A stretch of DNA of 63,394 nt, filler included, from Octopus bimaculoides (lineage: Eukaryota): assembly GCF_001194135.2 (NCBI RefSeq). It is 4 parts of 3 records of this genome, joined end to end, with 100 filler letters (N's around TTAATTAATTAA, not from the genome) between each part and the next. Parts side by side here need not be neighbours in the genome. Positions count along the whole stretch, not along the records: positions 1 to 30,698 come from NC_068984.1; 3 more parts are not named here. One strand, given 5' to 3'. Made by a program: the position numbers and the translations under genes. The notes under the pieces are model-generated. The model made no database searches, had not been told where the DNA came from, and worked only from the letters and a program-made list of their open reading frames with translations. Shown one piece after another: positions 11,313 through 24,405 of the stretch. The number at the start of each line of letters is the position of its first letter. The stretch's first letter is position 1.

Positions 11313-12158
11313 GGAATTTTGAAATACAAAATCATGTTATCTCAAATTAGATATTATCAGGAAGAACACTGTTCTAATGAACGTGAATAACAACTCATTA
11401 CAATACAAAATTTTGACTCTGTCACAAGGCCACATAGCTTTTCAAAGTAAAGCATGGTGATTATACTTATATAAAGAATAATTAGAACATGAGTGAACTA
11501 AGGTGCTTTCAACCAGAAATTGAAACTATATTGCAGTCTACTCACAGTACCCTAACCAATTGTCTTACCATTCTACAACATATCTTATCGTGACCTGTGT
11601 TAATAACTGATAAAATAGTTACAAAATTGTAAGAAAAAACTGATATCTAGAATGAAATAAAAAGAAAAAAGACAAAATGAAAATACACAAACAGTGAAAA
11701 CAAAATGATAAAGAAAACTAAATATATTTAAAATATAAAAACATATAGAATAAATGAAACAATAAAAAAAATTTAATTTGGAACAAGGTGTAAAACATCA
11801 TAAAGATGATAACATTTAGATCAAGTTTGTTTGCAAAATGCAAAAAGAATGTTTATGATGTAATTCATCTGTGATGTCATAAAGTGAATTTTCTTCTTAT
11901 TCAGTTTGTGTATTTTGGATTATCGGCTTTAGACAGAAATAAGATTAAGAAAAAATAGAAAAAAGCACATTTAGGAATCACGAACTTATTTTCTATTCCA
12001 ACAAATATACAATCAACATATATAATGACACAACAAATTCTGCAACCCAACATTTCACTCACAGCCTTTACAAACTTAAAAATACAGTACATGAAACTTT
12101 CTTCATCGATGCTTTTTAATGTTAAAGGTAGTACAAAATAGTTTACGCATATGCACAT

Positions 12159-12194
<36 letters not shown>

Positions 12195-12261
12195 TACATA
12201 TATACATGCATACACACATATATATATAAGTATATATATATGTCATTCGATCATACATATG

Positions 12262-12319
<58 letters not shown>

Positions 12320-12898
12320 CATATATATATATATGTGTGTGTGTGTATATTCATGTGTGTCTATCTGCCACCACTCCTTATTTCTCTTAGTTTTTCTCTC
12401 TCATTCTTGTCTTCTTCCAAACACTTTTTGGATTTCCTCATTATTTTTCATTATTTTCTTCTGAATTTCTATTTTCTTCTATTTCTTTGTCTATAGTTTT
12501 CCCTCAAGTTTTTTTGTTTTGTTTTCTTAATTATTATTTCTCCTTTTCTGTGTCTTTTTTTCTTTTCTGTCATTCTTCGAATGCTTCATTTCCATACTTG
12601 CTTTTGTTCTTTCTTTCTTTCTCTCTCCATTCTCTTCACCCCAGTTCTTTACATTTCTCCCTATCTATATCTCTCTAATTCTCTACATTTTCATTCAGCA
12701 TCTGACTTGATTTTTACCTCAGTTCTCTCTCTCTCATTCCTTCCCATTGTTAAGTAACAAATAAGGGGGGGAACTAAATACAGCTTAAGAAGAAAATAAT
12801 CGAAATCAATATATGCGAAGACAGAACTCTTTACAAGACAAAACGATGTGACATCAGTGTGGCTTCTCACAGAATCCAAAACTGTCTTGCAAATACAT

Positions 12899-12976
<78 letters not shown>

Positions 12977-12987
12977 ATATACGTATG

Positions 12988-13027
<40 letters not shown>

Positions 13028-13628
13028 TGTATATATAGTATATATACATATATGTATTATATAGGTATATATATATAATACATATATACATACATATATG
13101 TGTATGTGTGTGTGTATGAATCCATTATGTATGATGTATGTATGTATATATATATATATATGTATATATTTAAATATATATAATTGTATATGTATGTATG
13201 CATGCATACAAGGATATACATGCACTATTTTTATGATAGAATTGTTCATTGATACCAATTTGACATCTATTTCTACATTTGTTTATTCTCATTCAGCCTT
13301 GTAAAGCCAACAAACTGTGCAACAATTCCCAGTTATTTCTGTGTTCAGCCACTAAATAAATCATTCATGTTTCTAAATATCTTCAGCTTAAGTTTAACAA
13401 TGATGATAATAATCCTGTTAAGTGCCCGGTAGATCATGAACTGATAATCTGATGCGGTTAATTTGTTGCAGAGAATGGAAATACTACAAGGACATGGTAC
13501 TAGACCACCACTTCAGAGAATGCTAACCTACATCAAAGGTTGAAACAAATTCTCTTTGAGGATCTCTCACTTTATACCTAGCACTTTCTTGTATACAGAC
13601 AGACACACACATATGCATACATATAAGC

Positions 13629-13683
<55 letters not shown>

Positions 13684-14266
13684 TTGTTTTAGTGGTTCCA
13701 GCCTACTGGCTCTTGCCATGCTGGGTTACTGCCATTAATGTTACTTTCTTCATTCACTGTGTTGTCTTTCTCTGTGATTGTTTTTGGATGAAAAAGGGAT
13801 TTGATATTGCTGCCCTTGTAGTTCTTGACATGACGTAGAGTAGTAGATTTGCAGTTTTCGATCTCTGATCAGAAAATGTTTCTTCATATCGATTTTGAGA
13901 TTACACATGATTCTAACTCAGAAATCACGATCCATCTTCATCATGTACATTACAATATTGGCTGATAGCAGAATGCATAAAATTTCCAACATTGAACTCT
14001 ATGCTGTTTAATTCAAAATATTTGAACACAACATTTAAGGCTCACTGTTGATTCTCAATATAATCAGTGCGTTTGATTACATGAGGTATTTTACATATAA
14101 TAGAACAGAGTGGGTTATAGTCGAGATTGAGAGGGTGTGCAGAGAAAGAAAGATAAGAAGGTAGATAGAGCATGGCATAATAGGAGAGAGCATGATTCTG
14201 AAACAGATTAAAAACCTATGAAAATTAACCACATTCATAATTATCAATATTATGGAAGTCTGCTTG

Positions 14267-14490
14267 TAAGGTGGAAATCTGGCAGGATCCCTTGTAAACT
14301 GTGCAAACTGCTTAGCACCAGTCAATCTGTCCTCGTGCTCTGAGCTCAAATTCTTCAAAGGTCTACTTTACCGTTCATTCTTTTGGGATTAATAAAATAA
14401 GCACCAGTGAAACACTGGTGCCAGTGGAATCAACTTAGCCCCTTCCCTGTAACTGCTGGTCTTGTACCAAAATTGGAAACCAATATTATG
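14267..14490 (+). mobile_element. SINE family A, decayed
   Basis: CTGAGCTCAAATTC B-box, AATAAAATAAGCACCAG, tail CTTGTACCAAAATTGGAAACCAATATT. Confidence 0.7.
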
Positions 14491-15777
14491 TAAGTTTGTA
14501 CATGTATTTCAATGAATGCATTGAGTGTAAGTGTGCATGTGTTTCCATATATGTATGTGTCTATACCTCTGTATTTGTATGTACTTCTGCATATATCTAT
14601 ATGTCCAAGGTTTGTGTATGTATATGTGCAGTATATCTTTTCTTATTTTGGTTTGTGTGTTTGTGTATTTATATGCATGTATTAAGAATGACTTTTTTCG
14701 TGTCTAAGACTTGTATACATACATGTTTGCACATACATGTGACTTCTGTGAGTTCATTTCATTTTCTTTAGCATTTGAAATGAACATTTTGTGTTATATG
14801 TCGCTATGTAGAAATTTAACTCACAACTGCAAAATTGTCAGTTCGTGATCATGAGTAAGCTATAGTGGGATCATATGACTTTCAAGTGAACATCTCCAAA
14901 ATTGATCAATCGGCTTGAAGCTATACCATGAACAACATCTAGAGTTTTCTTGAGATCCACATGTTTTTTCCCTAGTTAGGCAGTTTGGCACCTAAAATAC
15001 TGCAAAGCGATGCTGACATTCAAGCAGGACAGATCTACATACTCATACATCAAACAAACAAAAACAACCTGAACAATTTGGGGTGGACTTGTATTTTTGT
15101 TGTTTACCTTCCAGATAGCAAATAACCAAGCAAATCAGTTCCTACAAACTAATCTTGTAACCTGTGACAATATAATTTATATATGTGAATATTCATAACC
15201 TCCTCTGAATAAAATCTGTCGTTAAACATTTACAAGTTTTCTTTTGTTGTAATATACAAAGCCAGCCTGAGCTAAAGATACAACATCAATCTCTCTCACC
15301 ACAAACCCTACCTTGAATAATGGAGACTCAGTGAAGGAAGACCTACAACAACCACTTTGTGACAGGTAAAAATGATGAACATAATTTTTCTACTCTGAGG
15401 CTTCAAGGTAACATATTCCCTTAAGTTTTTTTTTTTGTGTGTTTTCTTTCATGTACTAATGCACATGTCTAAAAGTACATAGCTAGAAACATTTTATTTT
15501 GACATGTGAAGTTAAGTCAAAAAAGCATGGAGCATGCATGAAGAAAACAGACCTTAACTTTTAGCATTATATAGACTCCATTGATGACACCTACAGGGCT
15601 CAGATAATTTTCTTCAACTTACACATCTTTCAGACAAGATATTTTATTTAAAAGCTGACAATTTCATAAAGTTAGACAACTGTCTTGTAACAAAGATAAA
15701 TGTTTCCCTATCTAGCAGTTAAAAAATGTCTTCTCTGTATGAATCAAACTGAAATTGGTGAAATAAATCATAATTAC

Positions 15778-16110
15778 TGTCGTCGTCATCATCATCATCA
15801 TCGTTTAACGTCCACTTTACATGCTGGCATGTGTTGGACAGTTTGACTGAGGACTGGCAAGCCAGAGGGCTGCACCAGCTCCAATCTGAACTGCCATGGT
15901 TTCTACAGCTAGATGCCCTTCCTAACACCAACCACTCCAAGAGTGTAGTGTATGCTTTATACGTGCCACCAGCATGGGGGCCAGTCTGGTGGCACTGGTA
16001 TTGACCGTGTTCGAATGGTGATTTTTACATACCACTGGCATGGGAGCCAGTCAGGTGACACTGACATTGACCACACTCGAATGGTACTTCTTACATACTT
16101 GGCACCTTGC
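15778..16110 (-). mobile_element. SINE family C with internal ~63-bp direct repeats
   Basis: (ATC)n tail plus GTTTAACGTCCACTTT..GATGCCCTTCCTAAC; a GCATGGG..CCAGTC..ATTGACC..CGAATGGT unit occurs twice. Confidence 0.85.
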
Positions 16111-16270
16111 TGTACTCACGAAGACCTGTACTCTGCAACAGAAGTGTTAAGACCGGCTTAAAGCATGCATGGTGGTACTATGTAAAAGTGCCCATGTGAT
16201 GCCTCATAAAACTACCCATGTAGCGCTATGTAAAAGTGCCTGTGTGGTGCCATATAAAAGTGCTCATAGA
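16110..16270 (+). mobile_element. Family C variant 5' part with ~22-bp tandem units
   Basis: TGCTGTACTCA..CAGAAGTGTTAAGAC head as at 2610; repeated ATGTAAAAGTGCC. Confidence 0.65.
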
Positions 16271-16282
16271 AAGTTCTCCTTC

Positions 16283-16563
16283 AATGCACAAGTCCTGGCC
16301 AGGTTGTTTATGAAAGACCAGCAGTCGCCCATGCATACCAGACTCCTCACTCCATGTCACCAAGTTTATCCAAGGGAAAGGCAGAGGTCAGTACAGCTTG
16401 ACATCAGTGACATAGCAACTCATTTCTACAGCTGAATGAACTGGATCAATGTGAAATATATTGTCTTGCTCAAGAACACAACACAACCTGGTCTGGGAAT
16501 TAAATTCACTGCTTTATGATTGTGAGCCCAACGCAATAATTAATGAATCATGTGCCTTCACAC
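16283..16563 (-). mobile_element. SINE family E (CORE-like central motif)
   Basis: Reverse complement contains GTGTTGTGTTCTTGAGCAAGAC..TTTCACATTGATCCAGTTCATTCAGCTGTAGAAATGAGTTGC. Confidence 0.75.
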
Positions 16564-16980
16564 ATGGCTAATAGTAGATCAATGCTTCCTACTAGGGCCC
16601 GTCTTGTTCTTTCTCTGACAATGGAAAAGATTGCAATTATAACTGGCTGCTAATTGTTTGCTGGGAAAGGCACTATCTATACATCTATTCTTGAAACAGC
16701 TGTAAATGACAATCTGTACACCTTTCCTCCATCTTGTGATCTATATTCATGTAGCAACACAAGTGTCATGCTTAAATACATATCAGTTATTTGAGTGTTT
16801 ATACTTTTATATTATTGTATACATATCTGCTGAATAGAAGCACTAGCTATAGTCAATTAATTAAACTACAACATCCCTGATTTTGGTGGCAGTTCAAGTT
16901 TGAGATTTAATCAGCAAGTCCACCTGAGCATGAGTTTTATGTGCCTGGTATCATATGTCATTGGACATAGTATTACCTTA

Positions 16981-16982
<2 letters not shown>

Positions 16983-17040
<58 letters not shown>
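16983..17040. repeat. (TG)n microsatellite
   Basis: About 29 uninterrupted TG units. Many more (TA)n, (CA)n and (TACA)n tracts occur through the window and are not all listed. Confidence 0.95.
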
Positions 17041-17042
<2 letters not shown>

Positions 17043-18039
17043 ACACTGTTATGTTACAGTCTAGTGAAGAAGTACTCAATATGAAAAACAGTGCTATAGT
17101 TTACTGAAACAGACCAAGTGGTCTGATTCTCTGGCGTTTGCACAGCATACTGTTGTTGCTTCAGGCAAGTGAAACTGGACCAATCTTTCTTGTCCAAGGA
17201 AGTGGCTGCTGGCTATTAGGAAGGCTTCAATTTGTAAAAGTATATATATATATATATACACACACATACACACACATGCGCCTTTATAAACATCTTGCAT
17301 AACGAATACTGTAATTATGTTATTGGCTGAATATTAAATGATGAAAATTACAAGGACATCAAAGATATGAAGGCACTTGGATAGTGAGTTACAACTATAG
17401 TTAAAATTCAAGTGAAAGGAATTATATTTTTCATTGATAATGTAAATCTAATAAATAATTTGAAAGGTCATATAATAAAGTCAATGGATGGTGAAAGGAC
17501 ATGGTTGGTGAAATGACAAAACCAAATAACAAAGGATAAGAAAAAATAATATATATATAAATTGACTAATAAATATATTAAATAATTAGTATAAGAATAT
17601 AAAATATAGGTAAATGAAATTGTAAATAAAGGTCAGTGATCAGTTGGTCAAGTGTGACACTAGAAATGCTACGGTATTAAATTTTCTCAAATAAACAAGT
17701 TAAACTGAAGCCTAGAAATGGTCGATTTTATATATTTAATATTGTGTATGAATATATATTAATATGTGCGTGTGTGTGTTTATGTTTCTCTACATTTGTG
17801 TGTGTTTGAGTATTTACATACTTATATATGTATGTTTGTATATAAATGCATAATGTTTATAAATATAGGTTGTAATAAGCAAAGGAGGGGAACAGAATAA
17901 AAAAAGATTAATGTAAAAGTCTAATCAAAGCAAAATTTCAGTTAATTTCTTTCCCCGCAAAATCCAAGTTCTGAATACAGTTAAGATAAATGTCCAGATA
18001 TATATTACAGAGTGTATCTGTAGTAAATTTAAGTACCAA

Positions 18040-18258
18040 AATGCTTTGTGCTATAGGCACAAGGTCTGACATTTTGCAAGAGGGGTGTAGTTGATTTCAT
18101 CAACCCAAAAACTTGACTGGTACCTGTTTTATTGACACGATAAGACATGAAAGACAATATGGACCTTGGAGGTCTTTTAACTCAAAATGTAAAGTCAGAT
18201 GAAATGCTTAGCTGCATTTAATCTGGCATGCTAACAATTCTGCCAGGTCACCACCTTG
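18040..18258 (-). mobile_element. SINE family A, decayed
   Basis: GGCACAAGG tail, ACTGGTACC, GCATGCTAACAATTCTGCCAGGTCACCACCTT head. Confidence 0.75.
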
Positions 18259-18293
18259 AATTTATGCACCAATATAAATGTTACATGAGATCA

Positions 18294-18326
<33 letters not shown>

Positions 18327-18394
18327 ATGTGATATAAGTTATTTATTGGCATGGAACGTTCTAAGTTACATAATACCATAAAATAATATTCTCT

Positions 18395-18613
18395 TCTTCT
18401 CTAAGTGCAAGGCCCAAAAGTTTTTAGGAGAGGGGGCCAATCAGTTAGATCACCCCCCCCCCCAGTATGCAACTGGTACTTAATTTATCGACCCCGAAAG
18501 GATGAAAGGTGAAGTCGTTCTTGGCGGAATTTGAACTCAGAACATGAAGACAGAGGAAATACCGCTATGCTTTTCACCCAGTGTGCTAAAGTTTCTGCCA
18601 GCTCACTGCCTTA
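18395..18613 (-). mobile_element. SINE family A, short-tail form
   Basis: AACTGGTACTTAATTTATCGACCCCGAAAGGATGAAAGG..GGAATTTGAACTCAGAAC..CTGCCAGCTCACTGCC. Confidence 0.85.
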
Positions 18614-19361
18614 AATACCATAATGATAAAAAAAAAAAAAGATATTGCAAATAATTTGCAGTAAATTATAATACATTGAATAAAATGAATTATTATGAAA
18701 TATAAAGTGCTAGTATGTAATTCCTAGGAAGAAACTAAAGGTACTGATATATCACTGACAATTATATAATCTAAAATATGTGATATAAAGAGTACAAAAT
18801 TATAGCTAGTCTCTACTTCAGTGATGGAGTCAATCTATAAAATAGCATTCTAAACTTATAATCACAGATGCAATCATACTTTTAATAGTATACTTCAAAG
18901 CCCATCTGGCTGGCTATGATATGAATTACTATTTAATATAAATATGTATACAGCAAAAGAATTTGTATAAATCTATGAATAGAAATGAATTAATATACAA
19001 AGTACTATTCAGGTAATTTATGTTAAATAAATCAACTTTGCAAATATATTTAAGTGTGAGTAAATTGAAAAGCATTTGTAAGCAACTAAGTAAGAATATA
19101 CAAGATAACAATTATGCCTATACAACAGATAATAAACGCATACAGACGTATACAGATTTATCAAAGCTTATGGAAATGTATCTAAAATATAAATACCTGA
19201 ATTTGTGTGGTGTGTGTGTGCATATTTATATATAAAGTTATGCAATAAAAATGCACATACAAATGTTCATACAAACATGTACGTACATATAATTACATAT
19301 GTACAAACATATATGCACATGTGTGGCTGCCTGCATGCATGTATGTATATACTCAAATGGC

Positions 19362-19623
19362 ACTTTGTTGGTTATGATGGTGAGGGCTACAGTTAATCCA
19401 GTCAACAGAACAACCTGCTCATGGAATTAATGAGCAAGCGATTGAGCACTCCACAGACATTTACCCTTAACGTAGTTCTCAGGGATATTCAACATGATAC
19501 AGAGCAGACTGGAGCATCATGAAATAGTGTTTCGCTCAAGGACACAATATGTTTCTAGGAATTGAACTCACAACCTTACGATTGTGAACCAATTCTTTGA
19601 ACCATTAGGCCACGTGCCTTCAC
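19362..19623 (-). mobile_element. SINE family D, internally deleted
   Basis: GAGCACTCCACAG..CCCTTAACGTAGTTCTC..GATATTCA and a GGCCACGTGCCTTC head, as in 35666-36046. Confidence 0.75.
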
Positions 19624-19849
19624 ATATATACAAATAATTTAACACTATTTATAGGTTTACATGCGCATATTAACACAAGCACGACTATACTCGCATATGA
19701 CATCAAATGCACTCATACAAAATTCACAAAAATGTGTGTGTGTGTGTGTGTGCATGCTTGCATATAAAGTATATTTCTTGATTTAATAAAAAATAAAATA
19801 TATTATCATAACATTGTAATGGCAAGAAGCCTTATTTATTTGAATAAAC

Positions 19850-21870
19850 ATGCATATGCATTTCTAAGTTGTAAAAGTTTGTAGCATTTTAAGACTTTTA
19901 TAAATTCGGTGTTTGCAAGACAAACTTATTTCAGCATGTTCCTTTATTAACTTTACTGCAGACAATAAACTTTGCATCACAATTCCTTTATATGAATTAG
20001 TAGTGCAAAGTAAACAAGGTATTTTTGTTGTTTTTGTATGGTCTGGTTATTGAAAGGATTCTCCAAGACATATATAGGGTGCTGGAAGATTTATATTTTC
20101 ATACGTATTCAAATAGTGTTAATGTTTTTTTTATTTATTAGGGTTATTCAATGAGTGTTTATGCTAGTAAAATTTCTAAAAAGATTTGCACTTTTAATCC
20201 AATATAGGAAAAGAAAGCCATAGAAGAGGAAGCAGATGGTATGAGTAATGGGAGACAGAGGATGGAGGGTGTGTTAAAAGTAAAACATTTTCTTACAGAG
20301 AGCATGTATTCTTATTATTACAATTGAGGTTTTCTAGTTTTTGGTTGGAGTTGGCCATTATTTGTAAGAAGTTATGTATAAGAGAATAGAAGATTGATAG
20401 GCTGTTTTCATTTAGAAATTTGTGGTATCTGTGATTAGGTGGTAAATGTCTTGACAAATGTTGAAGCTCCTTTTTAGCTTTATTGGTTTTTACTCATAGA
20501 TATAATGGTGGACAATGTCAGGTTGTTTCTTTTACTTATTTGATTTTGTGGTTAGGAGTTTTGTCGTGTTCACTAATGTTAACTAATGTTTTTTATAACT
20601 ACATTTTAAAGATTTCTGGTAATGATGTGTGTGTTCTTTAAAGAAAGCTTTTTTTAGAAGACAGTCATAAGATTCTGTGTGTTATGTACTGGAAAAAGAT
20701 ATTAATTTTCTCTTGATGGTTAAAAGATTCTCTTAATGTATCATATTTTTCAGTTAGTTTTTCATATAGGTGGCGTGTTGACTTGCTTAGATTTAATACG
20801 ATATTTGTGAACATGGTTTTGAGTGAACTTCTGCACATATTTTAGAACCAAATTCGTTAGAAAATGTTAGATATGATTATTTTGAAATGTATGTTTTGCT
20901 TCTTATGGTTTCCAATTATAGTCAGACATTCATCTCTAGGAAGTGTTGTTCTCTAGGAAGATCACTGAATGTAAATGCAAATTTTCAGTTACTAATTTTA
21001 AAATAACATACAACATGTAGGTTGTTAACACCAGCTGAATACTTGGCACAAATACTAATTTCAAGAGTTTTAGTTTTCTGTTTTCCTAAGCTATGAGATT
21101 TTATTATTATATAAATGTTTTTGTTCATAAGATGTTTTCAAAACACAATTGTTTCATTGATGCTATTGCTATCACATATTTGATTGTATCATTGAAAGTT
21201 TACTTGGAGATGGAAAGACAGTAATCATACATATCGAACCGAAAATATATCTATTTTTATTTTGACTGGTTACAAAGCATTCAGTTACAGAAAAGATATG
21301 CCAAAATGGTAATGGAAGTTGGTGCTCAGTTTTAGAACTAAGCATCTTTTGTTGATTTACATACAGTTCAAACTTCCGTTTAATTTATGTTCTTTTAAGG
21401 TTATTATATCTTGAGGTGTCAAAATATAAATTCTTCAATGTTTAGATGCATGGATATATATAATTGTCCAGAGAATTAATTTTGGCTGCATTAGCAATTT
21501 CATACAGGTATTTGAAATCGTGTCATGCATCAACATGTGGCAGGTAAGCTTATATAAGTCTGAAATATTCTTTACCTTATCCAGTTTAACAAATATGTAT
21601 AGAAATAAAAAGCTCCCAACTACTCAGGTAATATCTCTTGGAAATGCCCTAACATGACAAATTGTACATTCACAGCAAAATCATTTTGTAAACTTTGCAC
21701 CACAGAATCATATGAATTTTTTCCTCTAAGATAAAGCTACTTACAGAACATTCTAGAAGACACCAAACTTTATAAAACAATAAAATATCATGTGATAAAA
21801 AGCTGCAGATCCAAGAGATGAGAGACAAATGTAGCATAGTAAGTGGAATGTTTCCATAGGAGAATCAGAT
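19850..21870 (-). mobile_element. Decayed, near full-length Penelope-like element (RT plus GIY-YIG endonuclease)
   Basis: Minus-strand segments in order: LYKL..LMHDTISNT, KINS..LNI/RIYILTPQDIITLKEHK, FDMYDYCLSIS, FTNIVLNLSK..SFNHQ, CPPLY..VKTN..RHLPPNHRYHKFLN..NCNNKNTCSL, SYIGL (20195-20206), SWRIL..RPY. These are collinear with PLE motifs as recalled (ITLKDHK, FDI.DFYPSIS, WFNPP..KHFP..H..HKIFN, YIG). Many stops and frameshifts. Confidence 0.85.
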
Positions 21871-22289
21871 ATCAGACTTAGATGAAAGAGTAACATTTCT
21901 TTCATAGAGTTTTTTAAAGCAAGAGCCTGCTGAAGGATCACACAGAAAAGTAGATCATTAGTCAATCTGGCTCTTTAAATGTGTACATGCACACATGCAT
22001 GCACACACACAAACGCACACATGCATGCACACACACAAACGCACACATACGCACACACACACATCTCAGAAAATGCCAAATTCACAGAGCAAAATAAAGG
22101 GCATCTGAAAATCAAAATCAAAATTATCATTAAACTTTACTGTCAACAACAAACAAGTATTACACAGTTCCAAACAGCTACTTTAACACCATTTATCTAT
22201 GTGTACTACCCCACCACCTATCCCATATAACTGTACTTGTTAGAACAAGAACACACCTCGCTTGGAATGTTAACATTTGAAATATGGAA

Positions 22290-22576
22290 ATATGAGATCA
22301 TTGCCAGTGCTGTTGAACTGGCTCCTGTGCAGGTGGCACATAAAAATCACCATTTGAGCGTTGCCAGCACCACCTGACTGGCCCTCATGCCAGTGGCAGG
22401 TAGAAGCACCCATTACACTCTCGGAATGGTTAGGGTTAGGAAGGGCATCCAGCTGTATAAACTCTGCCAGATTAGATTGGAGCCTGGTGCAGCCATCTGG
22501 TTCGCCAGTCCTCAGCCAAATCGTCCAACCCATGCTAGCATGGAAAGCGGACGTTAAACGATGATGATGATGATAA
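22290..22576 (+). mobile_element. SINE family C, well preserved
   Basis: CAGGTGGCACATAAAAA..ACACTCTCGGAATGG..GGAAGGGCATCCAGCTG..CCCATGCTAGCATGGAAAGCGGACGTTAAACGATGATG. Confidence 0.9.
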
Positions 22577-22889
22577 GCTAAAAGAGTAAAAACCTCTTAC
22601 GTTTTCACCCCTTTATTTCTAACTCGTGTTGTTAGGCCTGTCTACTAATTTTTTATTCTGTTTCACAATACTTCAAATAAGCTTAACTTCTCATATATCT
22701 CTACGTGTGTGCATGCACATTTATGAGAAGAGAGAAAGGGAGAAAGTGAAAAAAGAGTTTATATCCAGCTGCTCATGAGAATTCTTGTTTGATTAGGACT
22801 TCGTTTTGATAGCAGAATCTGCAGAAGATTTTGAAGAGAAAAATTCTAGATAAGGGATTAGAATCTGGAAATGATAGGTTGTAATCCGA

Positions 22890-23300
22890 GGAAAACCATA
22901 GGCTTTACACTTCTGCAATGTCATGAAATTAATAATCAGGGAGAAACTTATTACGTTCCTAGAGAAAACTAATTTGCTGAGTGTTGTTCAAAATTGTTTC
23001 TACCCAGGCAAATACTGTCATAAGCAGCTGATACAGGATTACAATTAGGTACTAAAGGAGCTGCTCAACCAGGGAAGACAAAGTGTCATACATCTGAACT
23101 TTGTAGAAAGCTTTCAACTAATTTAAGCATAGATTAATATGCCACAAGCTTAGAGAATATTTAAACCCCAGAAAGAAGAGAGCAATATTCAGACTTCTAC
23201 ATTTGCAAACTTTTAATGGCAGTGACCCTGAAGTTTTGCACTGAAAGCTGTACAAATATCCATATTCTACATTTTCTGTCTTGAATAAGAATGAAGAACT
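22890..23300 (+). mobile_element. CR1/L2-type LINE reverse-transcriptase remnant
   Basis: REKLITFLEKTNLLSVVQNCFYPGKYCHKQLIQDYN*VLKELLNQGRQSVIHLNF/KAFN..KHRLICHKLREY matches CR1-like RT domains 1-3 (NNLL...QHGF..G.SC.TQL..VIYLDF.KAFD.V.H..L..KL). Confidence 0.7.
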
Positions 23301-23729
23301 GTAATAGCCCAATTTTTAAATGAGCAGAACACTTCAATGTCCTCAGTCAAATAAGTATATAAGTTATATGTAGAATGGATAGCACTATTTTTTATGAGCA
23401 CAGACATCCTGCTATGCACAGATCCTGATTCCCCCAGGTTGTGGCAAGAAAAACTGCTTCATTTCTAAATACTGAAAGTTTCAAGGTTGAATTAGATATT
23501 ATAGCAGTTCTTAGCTTCCCCTGTCAAATTCTGCTCCCTAAATTATGAAGCATAACGCTGCATACCAAAAGTTCAATATGAATGTGATCATTAGCTCTTA
23601 ATTTACATAACAGCACATGATTAAAAGTTGATTGTGGGGCCATTAAAGTGTGGTTTAGGAATAAATATGTCTACCAGATATGCATATTTACTCATAATAG
23701 ATATGTATACTTGTTCATATTTATCAATC

Positions 23730-24235
23730 ACTATGGTTAAGTGTTTAGGATTATAATTTTAGAATCTTAAGTTCCCAATTTTGATGTCACTAAATGGCAT
23801 CTTAGGCAAAGTGGTTTTATTTATGACTTTTGGTGTAAACAATAGCTGTGAGGATAAAAGTGAGTAGACAAAAAAATTGATTTATAAACCTGTTGGATAG
23901 AGTTTACTTGTATTTCAAAGGTCTGACCTTGTCATATGCCCTGTCACAATGATTCTTCCTGAGAATTATATTAAACAGTAGTAGAAGGGTGGCACCTCCA
24001 GGGTGGCACCTCCAGGGTGGCGCCTCCAGGGTGGCACATCCAAGTTACGAAAGAAGTTAAAGTAAATAGGGTGGGATTGAAACCAGTTATAGGCAGTTGA
24101 GGTAGCAGTTGAAATGGCACACATATCTGTGGAGTTCTCAGCCACTTTTATGTTAATTTAAAGAGTCAAATAGTTCAGTTGATTGGAGAACTGAATACTT
24201 ATTGCTGTAATGGACAAATGCTTTTGACAACTTGG
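23730..24235 (+). mobile_element. Decayed SINE with family D body, interrupted by a 14-bp minisatellite
   Basis: TTCAAAGGTCTGACCTTGTCA..CCTGAGAATTATATTAA..CTGTGGAGTTCTCAGCCACTT. Confidence 0.6.
23986..24041. repeat. Minisatellite, 4 x 14 bp (AGGGTGGCACCTCC)
   Basis: Four consecutive units; the third and fourth each carry one substitution. Confidence 0.95.
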
Positions 24236-24343
24236 GATGATAAGTGAACCAACAAATTCAATACAAATTCATGGTGAATTCATGTACACATAAACACACA
24301 CATGAATACAAAGACACAAGCACATGCACACACCTGTACACAA

Positions 24344-24405
<62 letters not shown>

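Noticed and set aside
21472-21543. Exon-like ELILAALAISYRYLKSCHASTCG with a GTAAGC donor
   Set aside because: The opposite strand aligns to the Penelope N-terminal region (LYKL..LMHDTISNT..KINS), so it is not listed as CDS.
23118-23312. 64-aa minus-strand ORF
   Set aside because: It is antisense to a CR1/L2-type RT remnant.
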